Positions 1 to 12,980 of a DNA stretch of 64,000 nt are shown here, one piece after another. The number at the start of each line of letters is the position of its first letter. The stretch's first letter is position 1. Source of the stretch: Marsupella aquatica (Eukaryota; Plantae; Marchantiophyta); NCBI GenBank assembly GCA_973895155.1, contig OZ316891.1, positions 14,911,037-14,975,036 of the forward strand, in the 5' to 3' direction. The notes beneath the pieces are model-generated. The model was not told where the DNA came from. It saw only the letters and a program-made list of their open reading frames with translations, and did no database searches. The translations under genes were made by a program, and so were the position numbers.

Positions 1-603
1 GATTGAACTGCTGTCGGAACGAGACAGAATCCAGCTCACCGAGCGAGTTCTATTTCGACGACATGGCCGCTCTGTGCAAAGAATGTGGCTGCATTCCTTA
101 GCGCCAGCGCCAACGGACTTCCTTCTCTGGGGCTTGACCCCAACAGTTCGCCTCCCAGCACTGCCTGGAGGCCAATCCAAAGTTTTTTTTTTTTGTATGG
201 AGGCTAATAAGGGTCTCACAGCCTGTTCATTAGTGAAAGTTAGTGATTTGTGCTATATATCATAACCCATTTATGGAATTTTTAAAATTGAGGGGAGGTA
301 GCGGGAGTTAGTGTATCACATGTCTCATAGTCTATATTCTTTTTTCCTGCCATCGCAAATGTAGTAGCCAACAGCACTTCAGGCACAAAGTCCACATGCC
401 TTCAGTTGTAGTTTTCCGGAGTCCTTGATTTTCGTATTTCCACCTAAAGTTGCAAGAAAGTTACGGTTAAATGTTGAGCCCGCAGGCTTTCCTTATGGTA
501 GCTGAATATCGGCTCCCATAATTTTTAGGAGTTCCCGTAATACTAGAGTTATAGGAGTGCCTTATCTTTTTAACATCAGACTTTGAGACGCCCTAATACA
601 GCC

Positions 604-847
604 TTTTTGGGGGGACTCAGGTATGTACTATCATTTATGTTTTAGATGGAGGCCAATCCTGTCTCTTTTCTTTTACTTTTTTTCCGCTTGAACCCCACGG
701 AGGGGAAGACCCAAAGAAGGCCATCGATAATCAAAAAAGGCCAAAGATACAACAGAAATAAAGCCCAAAAGCCCACCGCCGAGAGACAGGATTTTTTGGG
801 GGGCTCAGGTATTCACTATCATTTAACTTTTAGTGGAGGCCAATCCA
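604..847. repeat. ~55-bp imperfect direct repeat (604-660, ~792-847) flanking a segment bounded by a 12-bp inverted repeat
   Basis: TTTTTGGGGGG(A)CTCAGGTAT..ACTATCATTTA...TTTAG(A)TGGAGGCCAATCC occurs twice. AATCCTGTCTCT (655-666) is the reverse complement of AGAGACAGGATT (782-793). Confidence 0.55.
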
Positions 848-1046
848 GCCTGTTTTAAGGGTGCTCTACACTAGTGCCATTCAGGTTTGTGCAAAAATAA
901 ACCAGGTACTGTAGCTGAACAATACAGTTTTGATAATTAATTATATGGTGCACAATACTATTCACAAAATGTTTGGGCCATTTTCTGGCCCCATCACAAT
1001 ACCAAACTAAAGTTCAGCCAATAATTTGTCTAGCAAAAGTCTAGGT

Positions 1047-2462
1047 GAGTGGTGGACCCTACCACCCAGCGCCCTCACCAATCCCACCACCTGCGTTGGG
1101 TGCCCAAATGCCTCCACGGAATACCCTGGGCAAGCAACCTGGTGTCCCTTGCACTGCCTGCGGCCCCTCCCATACGAAGCCGCACTTGCCCCTAAACTTG
1201 ACCGCTACTCAATGGTCCTCACAGTCTGCACAAGCAACCAAGCGTCTCAGTAAGTAACCCTTTAGGATCTAGATCTTCTAAGTCTAGCATCCTAACTCAA
1301 GCTCAACAGACTTTGGTAAGTAGGACAGCGATAGGTCTCCCAATGCCATAAGTCGGAATCAAAACCGACAACAACTATTCGTCCAAAACAACTCCTTCCT
1401 TGGGCGCAGCCCGGGTTCCCCCTCGTACCTATCCATCACCAACTGATTGCCCTGCCCCCAGGACATGCTCATGGCCCAAATAGCCTAGCTTGTCCTAAAG
1501 CTTGTCCCAACACATCGGGACCAAAATGGCCCCGACTCTAGCAACCAACTCCCGATTCTTGCCCAACTGATGGTCTAGGGGGCAAGTGCCCTTGGAAATC
1601 AACCTCCACACCTACTTGGCCTTGCCTCCCCAATGTGAGCTCCCAATTGAGAGACTGAACGCAGCTTGGCTGTTGTTTCGACAGGATTTGACAAGCGGGC
1701 AAGATAGCCCCCGCAAACCACAAGAACCTATAGCACCCCTAGATCCACTTGAGCTCAACAGGATGTAGCCCTCCTCAAGAGCTTTCCAACACACCCAAGA
1801 AGTCCTCCAACGAACTCTCCGTTGGGAAATTATCATCGTTTCCGTTTGGCGTTTAATTTCCCTTAGTGTCGCGACTGCTATAGCTCATGACTTCGGTTCG
1901 CCCTTAGCCCCCAGGGAGACACCACTCCCCTCATATATGCTTCTGGAGACCTTCACCCCTGGACCAACTTTGGTCCCCAAATTTTGGCCCCCCACCTGGA
2001 CCCCAACCCACATATTTGGGCGCGCCACCAACTGGCAATGCCCATAACTTTCTAGTTAGGCATCCGCAGCCAAGCGGAGTGCCTTAGCCCATTGTGATTA
2101 GGCCAACCCAGTGCTCAATCATGCCTAGGCCCTCAGATCCCATTTTTCTCGGGACCCCGATCGACCAAACCCGGATCGGGCCATAACTCGTGCCCCAAAT
2201 GTCCGTTGCCCATGGAGTCAACTCCATTGGCCTCGGGCCCAGAGGAGCTCTCACTCAACCCTTAGAACTCAAAGTCCGTCTGGGGGTCAGGACCACCACG
2301 CCCCATTGCCCACAAGTCTCCCCATGCTAAGTCCTCCCTGAATGGCCTATCCGGGCCTGGACCATAAGGGAGCTCGGCGTTGGAGTCAGCGACGCATGAG
2401 CTAAGTGTTAAGGTAATCAAGTTTCGCGACTAGCTGCCCTAAACCACATCCACCCTCCCACA
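1047..2462 (+). repeat. Non-coding dispersed repeat, copy A (possibly LTR-derived); host of the Copia-1 insertion, and it may continue after 9377
   Basis: Co-linear similarity to the reverse complement of ~22300-24135, e.g. AGTGGTGGACC, CTCAGTAAGTAACCC, CTAGCATCCTAACTCAAGCTCAACA, GAGCTAAGT.TTAAGGTA.TCAAGTTTC. Confidence 0.75.
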
Positions 2463-3021
2463 TGTTAGGATTTACTCTTAGGTCTAGAGTTACGGACCCT
2501 GGGCCCTCACTCCGTGTAAAATAAGTGGACCCCCCTGCGATCGGGCCCTTTTCCTATTTACCCCTTGTTATTTCCATTTTACTATTAAAAGTTCCCTTAT
2601 TACCGGTAATAATTATAATTATTAGTTCAAAATGAATAAAAATTACCCTTTGAGCGTTCGCACGTCCTCCATGTATTAGTTAAGACTGAGGGCCCAGGGG
2701 TTACGGATGTACCATAGTTAAGGCTAACCTTAGTCGCAGACTTGGTTAGGTTAGTCATGCTGTGCACACTCTATAACCAAGCGGTGTTTGCTTGGAGAGG
2801 GGGAACTCAGGCTCATTGTTACGGAGCTAGTTGAGAGATAGAGAGAGCTTGCGCTGTGGATGCTTGGTATGGCCGGTGGGCCTGGAGTGCAGTAAAGCTC
2901 ATGTGTGTTCCCGTGGACGTAGCCTCATGTGGAGGTGAACCATGACGTATCTCTATGTGTCGACTCTTGTGCATTGGATGGTTCATGGGCTTGACGTTGC
3001 GATTGTTGTCTATGCTCAACA
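2463..3021 (+). repeat. Copia-1 5' LTR, interrupted by a MITE
   Basis: Matches the 345-bp 3' LTR once 2497-2707 is removed. Confidence 0.95.
2497..2699. mobile_element. 203-bp MITE with 8-bp TSD
   Basis: Perfect 13-bp TIR CCCTGGGCCCTCA/TGAGGGCCCAGGG; TSD GTTACGGA at 2489-2496 and 2700-2707; absent from the other LTR copies that span this position. Confidence 0.92.
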
Positions 3022-3023
3022 AT

Positions 3024-3035
3024 TGGTATCAGAGC
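3024..3035 (+). promoter_or_regulatory. Primer binding site (tRNA-iMet) of Copia-1
   Basis: TGGTATCAGAGC follows the LTR end after a 2-nt spacer; the same site occurs at 25383-25394 and, with one mismatch, at 57580-57591. Confidence 0.92.
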
Positions 3036-4518
3036 ATGCCTGGGAGGTGATGAGGTTTTTTCGTGACGGTTTTCCAGCATTCTTTGTTGGTGTTGCATTC
3101 GGGGTTTCGTCGCATGAAACTCAAATGTGTGTGGCTGAGCGAATAGGTTAATGAGAGGGCTTTCTAACAGTGGTTAGAAGTCGCTGATCGGTATCCGTGG
3201 TGCGGAGGAATTGAAGTTTGCGTCGTTCAGGGTTTATTTGTGTTTGACGGGATTTTAGGGGAGAGACCAGAGATTGTTTTTTCAACGGTGTGAGCTGTGC
3301 GGTGCGGGAGGCATCGCACGTTATAGCTCAAGTTGAAGGTTGAAGCGAGCTGGTCATTTTGGTACCTGGTGTGTTGGCGTTTGTGGAGCGAGTACGTCGT
3401 GACGAGTGAAAGTTGAGTTCTGGTTTTTTGACAAGCTATGGTGCTTGTTTTTCCTTGAACCGGATTACTCGTCGTGACGCTTGACTCGGAGGAAGAAACG
3501 CGAAGTGCTGAGGCTCAACGGAGAGATCGTGGTGAGGCGATCGTTTTGAGTCCGAGATTGGCCTTTGACGCGAAGAGAGTAAGACACGACGGAGGTTTTC
3601 TCTTCTCTGGTGGAGCTGCAGACGTGCCGGTGCAATTCAACAACATTTTCATGTCGGCGGTCATCACTTTTCTCATTGGAAACCGAAGCGGAGGCAGCTG
3701 AGGTTTGTAACACGGCCTTTGTGTCCTTTTTTGGCACATTTTAAGGTTAGTTTAGGGCATTGTTTTGCCCCCATACGGCCTGTATACCTTCAAATCCCGA
3801 CAAACCTACTTCGCCATATGCCCCGGCGCGCGCCCCGGCCTCCCACACCCCTTTAAGCGCGAAAATATGGCCCAAAACGCCCTTATACGGTCCAAATATG
3901 CAAAAATATGCACATTTTGACCCCTTTAAACCCATTTTTTTCACATTTCTTGCACGTTATACGCGATTCTGGTCGCGAATACGTGCGCCTTTTCCAGGGG
4001 CTTTAAGACCCCTTTAAAGTGCTTTTTTTGGAAAAAAAATTCTCTCCTCCTCCTCATTGGTTGTGCCACATCCCGGGCCCTGTGACCCTCCATTTTAACC
4101 GCTTAGACAGGGGGAACGGCCCCCTATGAAACTTGTCGGACTGTGCGAAATATTCCCAAAAAACAAAGAGCTGTTTTTTGGCCGTTCGACAAAGATCCAT
4201 TTGCTGAACGATAACTTTTTTGGTTCTTTTTTGGCGAGGTCGTAGCCATTGAAGTTGGCAACACGGCGCACCGATCACATCGCAATTCCGACGACGGGTT
4301 GTACTTGGTATTTTGGTTATTCCCTGAGGTGGTCAAAATGGGGGAGTTTCCCAAGGTTTTACCCACCTCGACCAAAATTTGAATAATTTTTCCGTCAAAT
4401 TTCGATTTTGATTTCGGTTTTCAGTATTGGACTCCTAGCTTTGTGGGCTACGCGGCGGTGTTGAGTTTCAAGTTTTTTGAGAAGTTATGAAAAACAACTT
4501 TTGTTGTGATTTTCTCAT

Positions 4519-7500
4519 ATGAGTGATTCGGAGGAGTTTTTTGAAGATGTGGAACTTGAAGCATGAGGATAACCACAGCGGTTTGAGGGGCAGAGAGAGG
4601 AGCAGGAGGAAGAGCATGTGACACCGATACCATCACCGGTGTGACATGTGGTGGAGGAAGCAGTACTACTATCGGAGCTCACGGTAGTGCCAAAGAAGAA
4701 GATGGGGACTTTTCAAGCTTGGGGGACCCAAGTATGAAGTGACAAAGTATGATGGGCGCTCTGACTACTTGCTATGGGAGAAGCAGGTGAAGGGAGTGCT
4801 CTATGCGTCAGGGATGGGCCAACTACTGAGCCCTCGTGAAGACGATGTTGATGAGAAACAATGGGACCGCATGCAGGAGCAGGGAGTGTGGTGTGTTACA
4901 CTCTATCTCATGCCTCCCATCATCAAGCAGTTCGGTGCACATAAGGATTGCATGTCCTTGTTTGCGGAATTGTAGAGCAAGTATCACCGCAAGGAGTTGT
5001 CAAACCGACTCTACACTTCCTACAAACTGATGAGTTTCAGGATGAAGGAATCCGGTACAAAGTTGCAAGACCATGGGGATGCTTTCAACGACATGGTCGT
5101 TGACTTGGAAAACCTTGGGGAGACTTTGAATGATGAGACGAAGGCTCTGCAGCTTCTCAGTTCATTGCCTCCATCTTACCAGTCCCTATCACGAGTGTTG
5201 TTGCATCGTGATAGGGATACCATTTCATACAATGACGTGGTAAGTTCTCTGCTTAGTGATGATCTTCAGCAGAAGATGCACATCAAGTCACAGCCTTCAT
5301 CATCTGGTGCTGCCCTCAATGTTAACCGTACGTGGGAGGAGTATGCAGCGACCAACTGGGGACCGTAGAACCCAGTTTAGATCTAAATCCAGATCTAAGT
5401 CCAGGGGTAAATTCCCTCAGAGGAGGCAGGTGACATGTTGGAAGTGCAACCAAGTTGGACACTTCAAGCGAGACTGTAAGGGAAAGGTAGCCGAAACTTC
5501 ATCGGCAAATGTGGCTAGGGCTGATGGAGAAGCTGATTAACTCAATGATGAATATGTTTTATGAAGCCGGGGTATGCCCTGTGCACGTCATCTAGAAGAG
5601 CAGATGATGTGTGGATTTTTGATTGTGCTTGCTCTTTTCATATTTGTTACATTCATGAGTTTTTCAATTCTTACTCTGTTTCAAACGGTTCAGTTCTGAT
5701 GGGAAATGATCACTCTTGTCAAATTGAGGGAATTGGGTCTGTGAAGATTCAAATGTTTAATGGCGTTGTGCGCACAGTGTCCGGAGTCAGGTATGTACCT
5801 AGCATGCGTAAGAATCTGATTTCACTCGGTGTGTTGGATTCAAATGGTCATCAATGGAGCGTTATTGATGGTGAACTTCAAGTCAGGTCGGGAGAGACAG
5901 TGATTTTGAAGAGGAGCAAACAGAAGAATTTGTATGTATTACAGGGCAATACTGTATGTGGAGAGGCCAATGTAACCAAGTCTCACGAGGAGATGACTCA
6001 ACTGTGGCATTCACGGCTAGGCCACATGAGTGAGAAGGGTTTGGCTATCTTATAGGATAATGGACTCATTTCTGATTTGGAATCTTGTAAATTAGAGTTC
6101 TGTAAGCATTGCATTCTTGGAAAGCAACATTGTCGTGCTTTCGGTGTTGGAACCCATCGTTCTAAAGCGGTTCTTGAGTACATACATAGTGACATGTGGG
6201 GTCCATCCCCGACTCCCACTCTGGAAAGTTGTACTATATATCATTTATTGATGATTACTCAAGATTTGTGTGGATTTATTTTATGACGCATAAGTCTGAT
6301 GTCTTGTCCATTTTTAAGAAGTGGAATGCCCAGGTGGAGAATCAGACTGGAAACACAGTCAAGTGTTTGGATACAAGGATGAAGAGTCTGAGGTCAGACA
6401 ACGGCGGGGAGTACACTTCAGTGGAATTTGAAGAGTACTATTCAGAACAGGGGATAACTCGCCATCTCACCACAGTTTATACTCCGTAGTAGAATGATAT
6501 CGCTGAGAGGCTCAATCGGACACTGTTGGAGCGGTCACGGAGTATGTTGAGCCAATCAAGTTTATCACAAGAATTTTAGGCAGAAGCTGTCAATACCGTA
6601 GCTTATTTGGTAAATCTTTCTCCTTCTAGTGCTATCAATTTCAAAACACCGTTTGAGATGCGCTATAAGCGGCAAGCAGACTATCATGGCTTGGTAGTTT
6701 TTGGAAGTGATGCATATGCTCTCACACCGAAGCAAAATAGGACCAAGTTGGATCCTACCTCCAAGAAATATGTTTTTCTTGGGTACCAGAGTGGTGTGAA
6801 AGCCTATAGGCTATGGGATCCTATTGTCTATAAGCTCATTGTCAATAGGGATGTTTCCTTCAATGAATCCTGATTATTGAAGGAGGAGAAGAATACTCAG
6901 GTCTCCCGTACTGACAAAGGAAAATCTCTTATCCCGGATCTCATTGAGGGGGAGATTGGTCATGAAGTGCATGACCGAAGAGAAGGAGTTGCTCCAATTA
7001 TGGAGTTGGTTTCTGTGCGAGAGGAACCAGAGGAGTTTGTTGATGCTGGTGAGCAGCAAGTGGATGTTGCTGAGCTTCAAATTGTACGTACCAGCACACG
7101 CAGATCAGTCGGAGTCATCGACTAGAAGAGCATTTGGTCGCACTGTACGCGCTCCACCAAGGTATGGACAGTGGGTTGATTCATCTCAATTGCAAGAGGA
7201 GGACTTTATTACTAATGATGAGGGTGACGCATTGATTTTGGAAGAAAGGGAACCTTCTTCATTTCATGAGGCAAGTGCTTCAAAGGAGAAGCAAGAGTGG
7301 GCTGTAGCAATGCAAACGGAAATGCAGTCACTGAAGGACAACAAAACTTGGGAGCTTGTCAAGCTGCCTGAGGGACAACAAGTGGTGGACAGCAAGTGGA
7401 TATATAAGCTAAAGGATCAATCCACAGGAGGTGGATCGAAGGTCTACAAGGCTAGGTTGGTAGCCAAGGGATTCACACAGGAAAAAAATGTGGATTACAA

Positions 7501-8835
7501 TGAGGTCTTCTCACCAGTTGCTAAGTACTCAACAATACGGCTATTGTGTGTGCTTGTTGTTATGTTTGGTCTGCTGCTAGATCAGATGGATGTTGTCATA
7601 GCCTTCCTCTATGGCACCTTGGAAGAGGTGATCTTCATGAGACAGCCGCTAGGTTTTGTGAAGAAAGGGCAAGAGGATTTGGTTTACAGATTGCTGAGAT
7701 CCTTGTACGGGTTGAAGCAATCACCAAGATAGTGGAATAAGCGGTTTGATGATTGAATCCGTGCACAAGGCTTTCATAGGAGTGTGTTTGACCCATGTGT
7801 GTATCTTAAACCGGTGAAGAATGTTGTTTTTGGGTTCATTGTTTTAGTACTTTATGTGGATGACATGCTTATTGCGGCCAGGGATAGGTCTGAGATTGTT
7901 AAGCTCAAGGCACTGCTTAGTGTAGAGTTTAAGATGAAGGACTTAGGGCCAGCTAAGAGAATTTTGGGTATGGAGATCACTAGGGACTTGAAGGCTGGTA
8001 AGCTATGGTTGACGCAGAGCAGTTATGCGAGGAAGGTAATTGCAAGGTTCAACATGGGGGATAGCAAGCCAGTAAGTACCCCCGTTGGCTCCACACTTCA
8101 AGTTGTCATCAGCATTCTGTCCTACAGATGAGACAGAGAAGGGGTTGATGTCAAAGGTTCCGTATGACAAGGCAGTGGGGAGTCTCATGTATTTGATGAC
8201 TTGCACTAGACCTGATCTTGCCATGGCTATGGGCAAGGTGAGCAGGTACATGTCGAATCCAGGGAAGGTACACTAGGAAGCAGTGAAGTGGATTATTCGG
8301 TATTTGAAGGGTGCCGTGGATCATGGTCTATTGTTTGATGCATGCTGATAATGCTAGATCATTGATGGGCTATGTAGATGCTGACTATGCATAGGATCTG
8401 GATCGAAGAAGGTCAACAACAGGTTATGTGTTCACACTTGGAGGTGGATGCATAAGTTGGAGGTCTATTTTGCAGAAGTGTATTGCTCAGTCTACTACAG
8501 AAGCGGAGTATGTTGCAGCAGCGGAAGCAGCAAAGGAAGCGATTTGGTTGGAAAGACTTATCACTGAGATGGGATTGCCACAGGGGAATGTGAAGCTCCA
8601 TTGTGATAGTCAGAGTGCACTCCATCTTGCTGTGAACCAGGTGATGGACAGCAGAGTGAAGCACATCGACGTCAGGTACCATTTTATCAGGCAGGTTGTG
8701 TCTGATAATATGTTTGAGCTAGTCAAGATTGACGGTAAACTCAACCCGGCTGACGCTTTTACCAAAGTGATTCCTTTGGAGAGTTTTTCTAGACACCATG
8801 ATGCATTGCAGGATTTGCAATTGCCTCACAAGTAG
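4519..8835 (+). pseudogene. Copia gag-pol polyprotein with many stops and frameshifts
   Basis: Zn knuckle CWKCNQVGHFKRDC; protease WIFDCACSFH; GAG-pre-integrase LWHSRLGHMSE; integrase LRSDNGGEY; RT YKARLVAKGF and LYVDDMLI; RNaseH STTEAEY, KHIDVRYHFIR, NPADAFTK. Confidence 0.95.
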
Positions 8836-9026
8836 GGTTACTTAACATTTGTGTAGATACTGAGATATGCTCTTGCTCATTCCTTGTATAGGCTACGGCT
8901 TAGTTTTGGTCTACTCTCATATAAAGAGGGAAAAACCGGTTTGGTTTTTCTTTCCAGAACTTCCCGCTGAGCAATCATATTGGTAGCAGTCTTTACCCTC
9001 CCCTAGACCAGAGTCAAGGGGGAGAT

Positions 9027-9371
9027 TGTTAGGATTTACTCTTAGGTCTAGAGTTACAAATGTACTGTAGTTAAGGCTAACCTTAGTCGCAGACTTGGTT
9101 AGGTTAGTCATGCTGTGCACACTCTATAACCAAGAGGTGTTTGCTTGGAGAGGGGGAACTCAGGCTCATTGTTACGGAGCTAGTTGAGAAATAGAGAGAG
9201 CTTGCGTTGTGGATGCTTGGTATGGCCGGTCGGCCTAGAGTGCAGTAAAGCTCATGTGTGTTCCCGTGGACGTAGCCTCATGTGGAGGTGAACCACGTAT
9301 CTCTCTGTGTCGAATTTTGTGTGTTGGATGGTTCATGGGCTTGCCGTTGCGATTGTCGTCTATGCTCAACA
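9027..9371 (+). repeat. Copia-1 3' LTR
   Basis: TGTTAGGATTTAC...GCTCAACA, following the PPT. Confidence 0.95.
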
Positions 9372-11365
9372 CCACACCTTACATCAAAGTTTCCAAGAGG
9401 GCCTGAAGTTACCATCCCTCGCCCTTGTGAACAAACCCTCCAGCAGTTGGACCGGCTGCAGCAATACCCTGTCACACCATTCTAGGTAGTGTTAGAGTGT
9501 ATCGTACTATCTAGATCCGTATGTTTGGTATGTGTGCTATATGAGCCGATAAGGTTCCGTCAGGTTTGTGTGAGAGGGTACTTCTCACTTGTGAGGCATT
9601 GAAAGGTCATCTTTCAATGTTGAGCCTTGGAGAGAGAGGAGCTTGAGTGTGGCTATGGTGGCTGTGAGCTTCGCTTGTGTAACGTGGATTCCTTGAGTAG
9701 TGCAAGGTGCGTTGGCTTGACATACATGTGTGATTGGATCGGTGCGGGATCGATGAGGTATTGTGGACCGGGATATTGTGGGTTTTGGACATGTGTGGAC
9801 ATGAGTTCCCCTTGTATTCCATTCTCTTGTGTTTGTGATGTGGCAATCTGACTATGTCTGGATGTATGTGACAAGTGATGTATGTTGTGTAGCGATGTGT
9901 ATGCGCACGACAACCCTCAGCAAACCTTCCACCCCTCATTGCAAGATGGGAAGTGGGAGACGAAAGCATTCCAGCCTTAGTGGTTTTATGCTCTCCTGGT
10001 TTTGTCCTTCGGCGGGTGTCCCCGGGGTTTTGTCCCTCCTTTGTTGGCTACCATTTTTCCCATCTGGCTGTTTTAATGGATTTAAATTGGCTCGTTCAAG
10101 ACAGAAAATAAAATTACTAGATAACAACAGAGGCCAGATTATAAGTGCACCTTATGACCTAAAAGTTTAATTTGCAAAAGCCATCAGAAATTATCAAGAA
10201 GTTTTCACAATGAATAAAACATCAAGATATAAATGGGTACAGGTCATTGAGTTGAGAGTTGAGAATTCAGGATAATTATTGCCAGTGACAATTGTGATAA
10301 AACACACTATACAAAACCGGCACATTTAGTTACTTTGCCAATTAAAGGAAAGCCTTTTGTTACCTTTTCCATAAGTTTGATTCAGGCTAGAAAATCATTG
10401 TATGTTTTTTGAATTTGTCAAATTGTTGAGCTATTTTGTACTGACAGGGTTCAAAATCTAAATATCATTGAAACTACTAAACATCTAAATGATCAAAATC
10501 AATCCAATAGTTTGCTGGTTCAAAAAACCCCTCGACAATGCATGTTATTCCCCCTGTACCTCTGAATAAAAAATAAATCAATGGACGTAAGCTTGACCAT
10601 GTTCCAAGTTCATGGTAATGTCAAAAGTTCAACCACACCTGCCCATATAAAAGCCCCATTCCCTGCCTTCTACTGCTGGTTCTTGTTTAGTGGTGAAGAA
10701 TGTGGAGCTCAAGCCCATTTCTAATGAAACTGAACCTGTGCACTTTATAATGAGAGCTACCGGTAAACCAAACCCTCCATACTAGGTGCAGTTGTGATTT
10801 CAGCACAAGACTAAGCAAAGAGCTAAGTCTTTTGAGCCCTCTTATTCTAAGCCACTGACTTAACTGCAATTCAAATAGCATAAAACTAATTTAAGATATC
10901 TTAATCCAAAGTCCTCCATGAGACATTTACACAACTAAGAATCTGCAACTAAATTTCTTCAGATCCAGGTTCTCATGATCAGAGCCGAATTTGCTGATTT
11001 GTTTCCCTAGTTGCACAACCACATGCAAGACGCTTCTTAGCTACATCTGACTTGTGTTTTTGTTCGTCACCCAAAGCTTTCCCTAGCCACCTATAGGGGC
11101 ACTCTGCTTTACCAGGCTTTTCACTTTCCTGCTCAGTAGAGCCTTAGTTTGCTATAGTGGGGGACTCTTGCAGGGTCCTTTCCCTTCTTTGGCCCCTGTT
11201 ATTAGGTCTCCTTCTCTAGGTTCGACATTTTTTGTTCTTTGGCAGTTTGGGTCTTTTCCCTTGTTTGCCCCCCTTTATTGAGTCCCCTTCTCCCTATTTG
11301 ACATTTTCTGTTGTTTCGCACTTTGCTATATATTACTAGATGAGGTGTCACATGTATGGAAACAA

Positions 11366-12181
11366 CATTGGAAACAGCGAGAATGTATCACTGGCAAAGT
11401 TAGAGCTGCAACCGACATCGTTTGGTATGCACTTTAGCATGCGCGATCTGCTACGTCTCCAATTTCGCGATTCTGAGCTCGGGGCAAAATTTCACTTCGA
11501 GTTGGAAGGGCAATCGGCTGCGGTTTGAGCTCAGACTTTGCCAGAGCATTGGAAACAGCGAGAATGTATCACTGGCAAAGTTAGAGCTGCAACCGACATC
11601 GTTTGGTATGCACTTTAGCATGCGCGATCTGCTATGTCTCCAGTTTCGCGATTCTGAGCTCGGGGCAAAATTTCACTTCGAGTTGGAAGGGCAATCGGCT
11701 GCGGTTTGAGCTCAGATTTTGCCAGAGCATTGGAAATAGCGAGAATGTATCACTGGCAAAGTTAGAGCTGCAACCGACATCGTTTGATATGCACTTTAGC
11801 ATGCACGATCTGTTACGTCTCCAATTTCGCGATTCTGAGCTCGGGGCAAAATTTCACTTCGAGTTGGAAGGGCAATCGGCAGTTTCGCAATTTTGAGCTT
11901 GGGGCGAAATTTCACTTCAAGTTGGAAGGGAAATTGGCTGCGGTTTAAGCTCAGACTTTGCCAGAGCATTGGACACAGCGAGAATGTATCACTGGCAAAG
12001 TTAGAGCTGCAACCGACATCGTTTGGTATGCACTTTAGCATGCACGATCTGCTACGTGTCCAGTTTCGGGATTCTGAGCTTGGGGCGAAATTTCACTTCG
12101 AGTTGGAAGGGCAATCGGCTGCGGTTTGAGCTCAGATTTTGGCAGAGTGTTGCAAACAGCGAGAGTGTATCACTGGCAAAG
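11366..12181 (+). repeat. Tandem array of 181-bp monomers (~4.2 copies) in the LINE 5' UTR
   Basis: Units start at 11366, 11547, 11728, 11967 and 12148 (partial). Unit 3 contains a 58-bp internal duplication. Confidence 0.93.
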
Positions 12182-12188
12182 CTTTGTG

Positions 12189-12959
12189 ATGGCAACGGAG
12201 GAGATTGCCCATCTCAAGGCTTTGCTTGAGAAAATCTTAGTTGTGGCTGAAAACTCTGCAATTGAGATTACCACACTCAGCAAGGAGGTGACGGAGCTAA
12301 AGAATGAGAATGTCAAGCAAAAGAGGTTGATTAGTGATCTTCGATCTCAAACTCAGGAGAATGGTAAGCAACTCTCATTGCTTGCATCATGTTTTGGAGA
12401 CATGGAGAAGAGTATGTGCCCAGAGAAATCAGTGATACATGAGGCTGTAGGGGAGATTGAGGAGAAGCTCAAAACCTTTGCACAGGCTGCAAAACAATCA
12501 CATATGGAATTTGTCCAAGCCAAGGAGGAGGAGAGAAGAGCACTAGAGGAAGAACACAAGAACCAGCATGCAAGAGTCAGCAACTGCAAAATATCAGGCC
12601 TTGTTGAGGAGAAGAAGGAAGACACCAAGAAGGTAGCAATTTCATTCTTCCAATCTCAGATGAAAGTGCATGACCCTATCATTTTGCAAGCATATAGGAT
12701 TGGGCAAAAGAAGGGGGACCTTCCACATCCAATCTTGGTGAAGTTTGCAGCTGAATCCGAGAAAGCTAGAGTGATGGCTAATAGGAGCATGCTTAAAGGG
12801 CTAAGGATTTGGTTGGATGATGATCTGACTCCCACACAAGTCCAAGCAAGGAAAATTGAGCTTGAGAAGGTGAGGGTAGCCAAAGACCAAGGATTGGTAG
12901 CCTACTTGCGCAATGGACAAGCTGTTGTTACCAATAAGAAGAGAGTTGTTTCTAAATGA
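12189..12959 (+). CDS. LINE ORF1 (coiled coil + RRM-like nucleic-acid-binding domain)
   Basis: Open frame from ATG 12189; heptad-rich N-terminus, then ISGLVEE...AYRIG...PILVKF...IWLDDDLT, typical of LINE ORF1 proteins. Confidence 0.85.
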   Translation: MATEEIAHLKALLEKILVVAENSAIEITTLSKEVTELKNENVKQKRLISDLRSQTQENGKQLSLLASCFGDMEKSMCPEKSVIHEAVGEIEEKLKTFAQAAKQSHMEFVQAKEEERRALEEEHKNQHARVSNCKISGLVEEKKEDTKKVAISFFQSQMKVHDPIILQAYRIGQKKGDLPHPILVKFAAESEKARVMANRSMLKGLRIWLDDDLTPTQVQARKIELEKVRVAKDQGLVAYLRNGQAVVTNKKRVVSK

Positions 12960-12980
12960 TGGATTGGGACCTTGAGAGTC

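Larger units (their letters stand above)
2463..9371 (+). mobile_element. Ty1/Copia LTR retrotransposon, copy 1 (full length, decayed)
   Basis: LTRs TGTT...AACA at 2463-3021 and 9027-9371; 5-bp TSD CCACA (2458-2462, 9372-9376); PBS TGGTATCAGAGC; PPT AAGGGGGAGA at 9016-9025; domain order gag-PR-IN-RT-RNaseH. Confidence 0.97.

Noticed and set aside
98-113. TAGCGCCAGCGCCA, similar to the MULE palindrome
   Set aside because: The right arm and spacing do not match; it is a single isolated occurrence.
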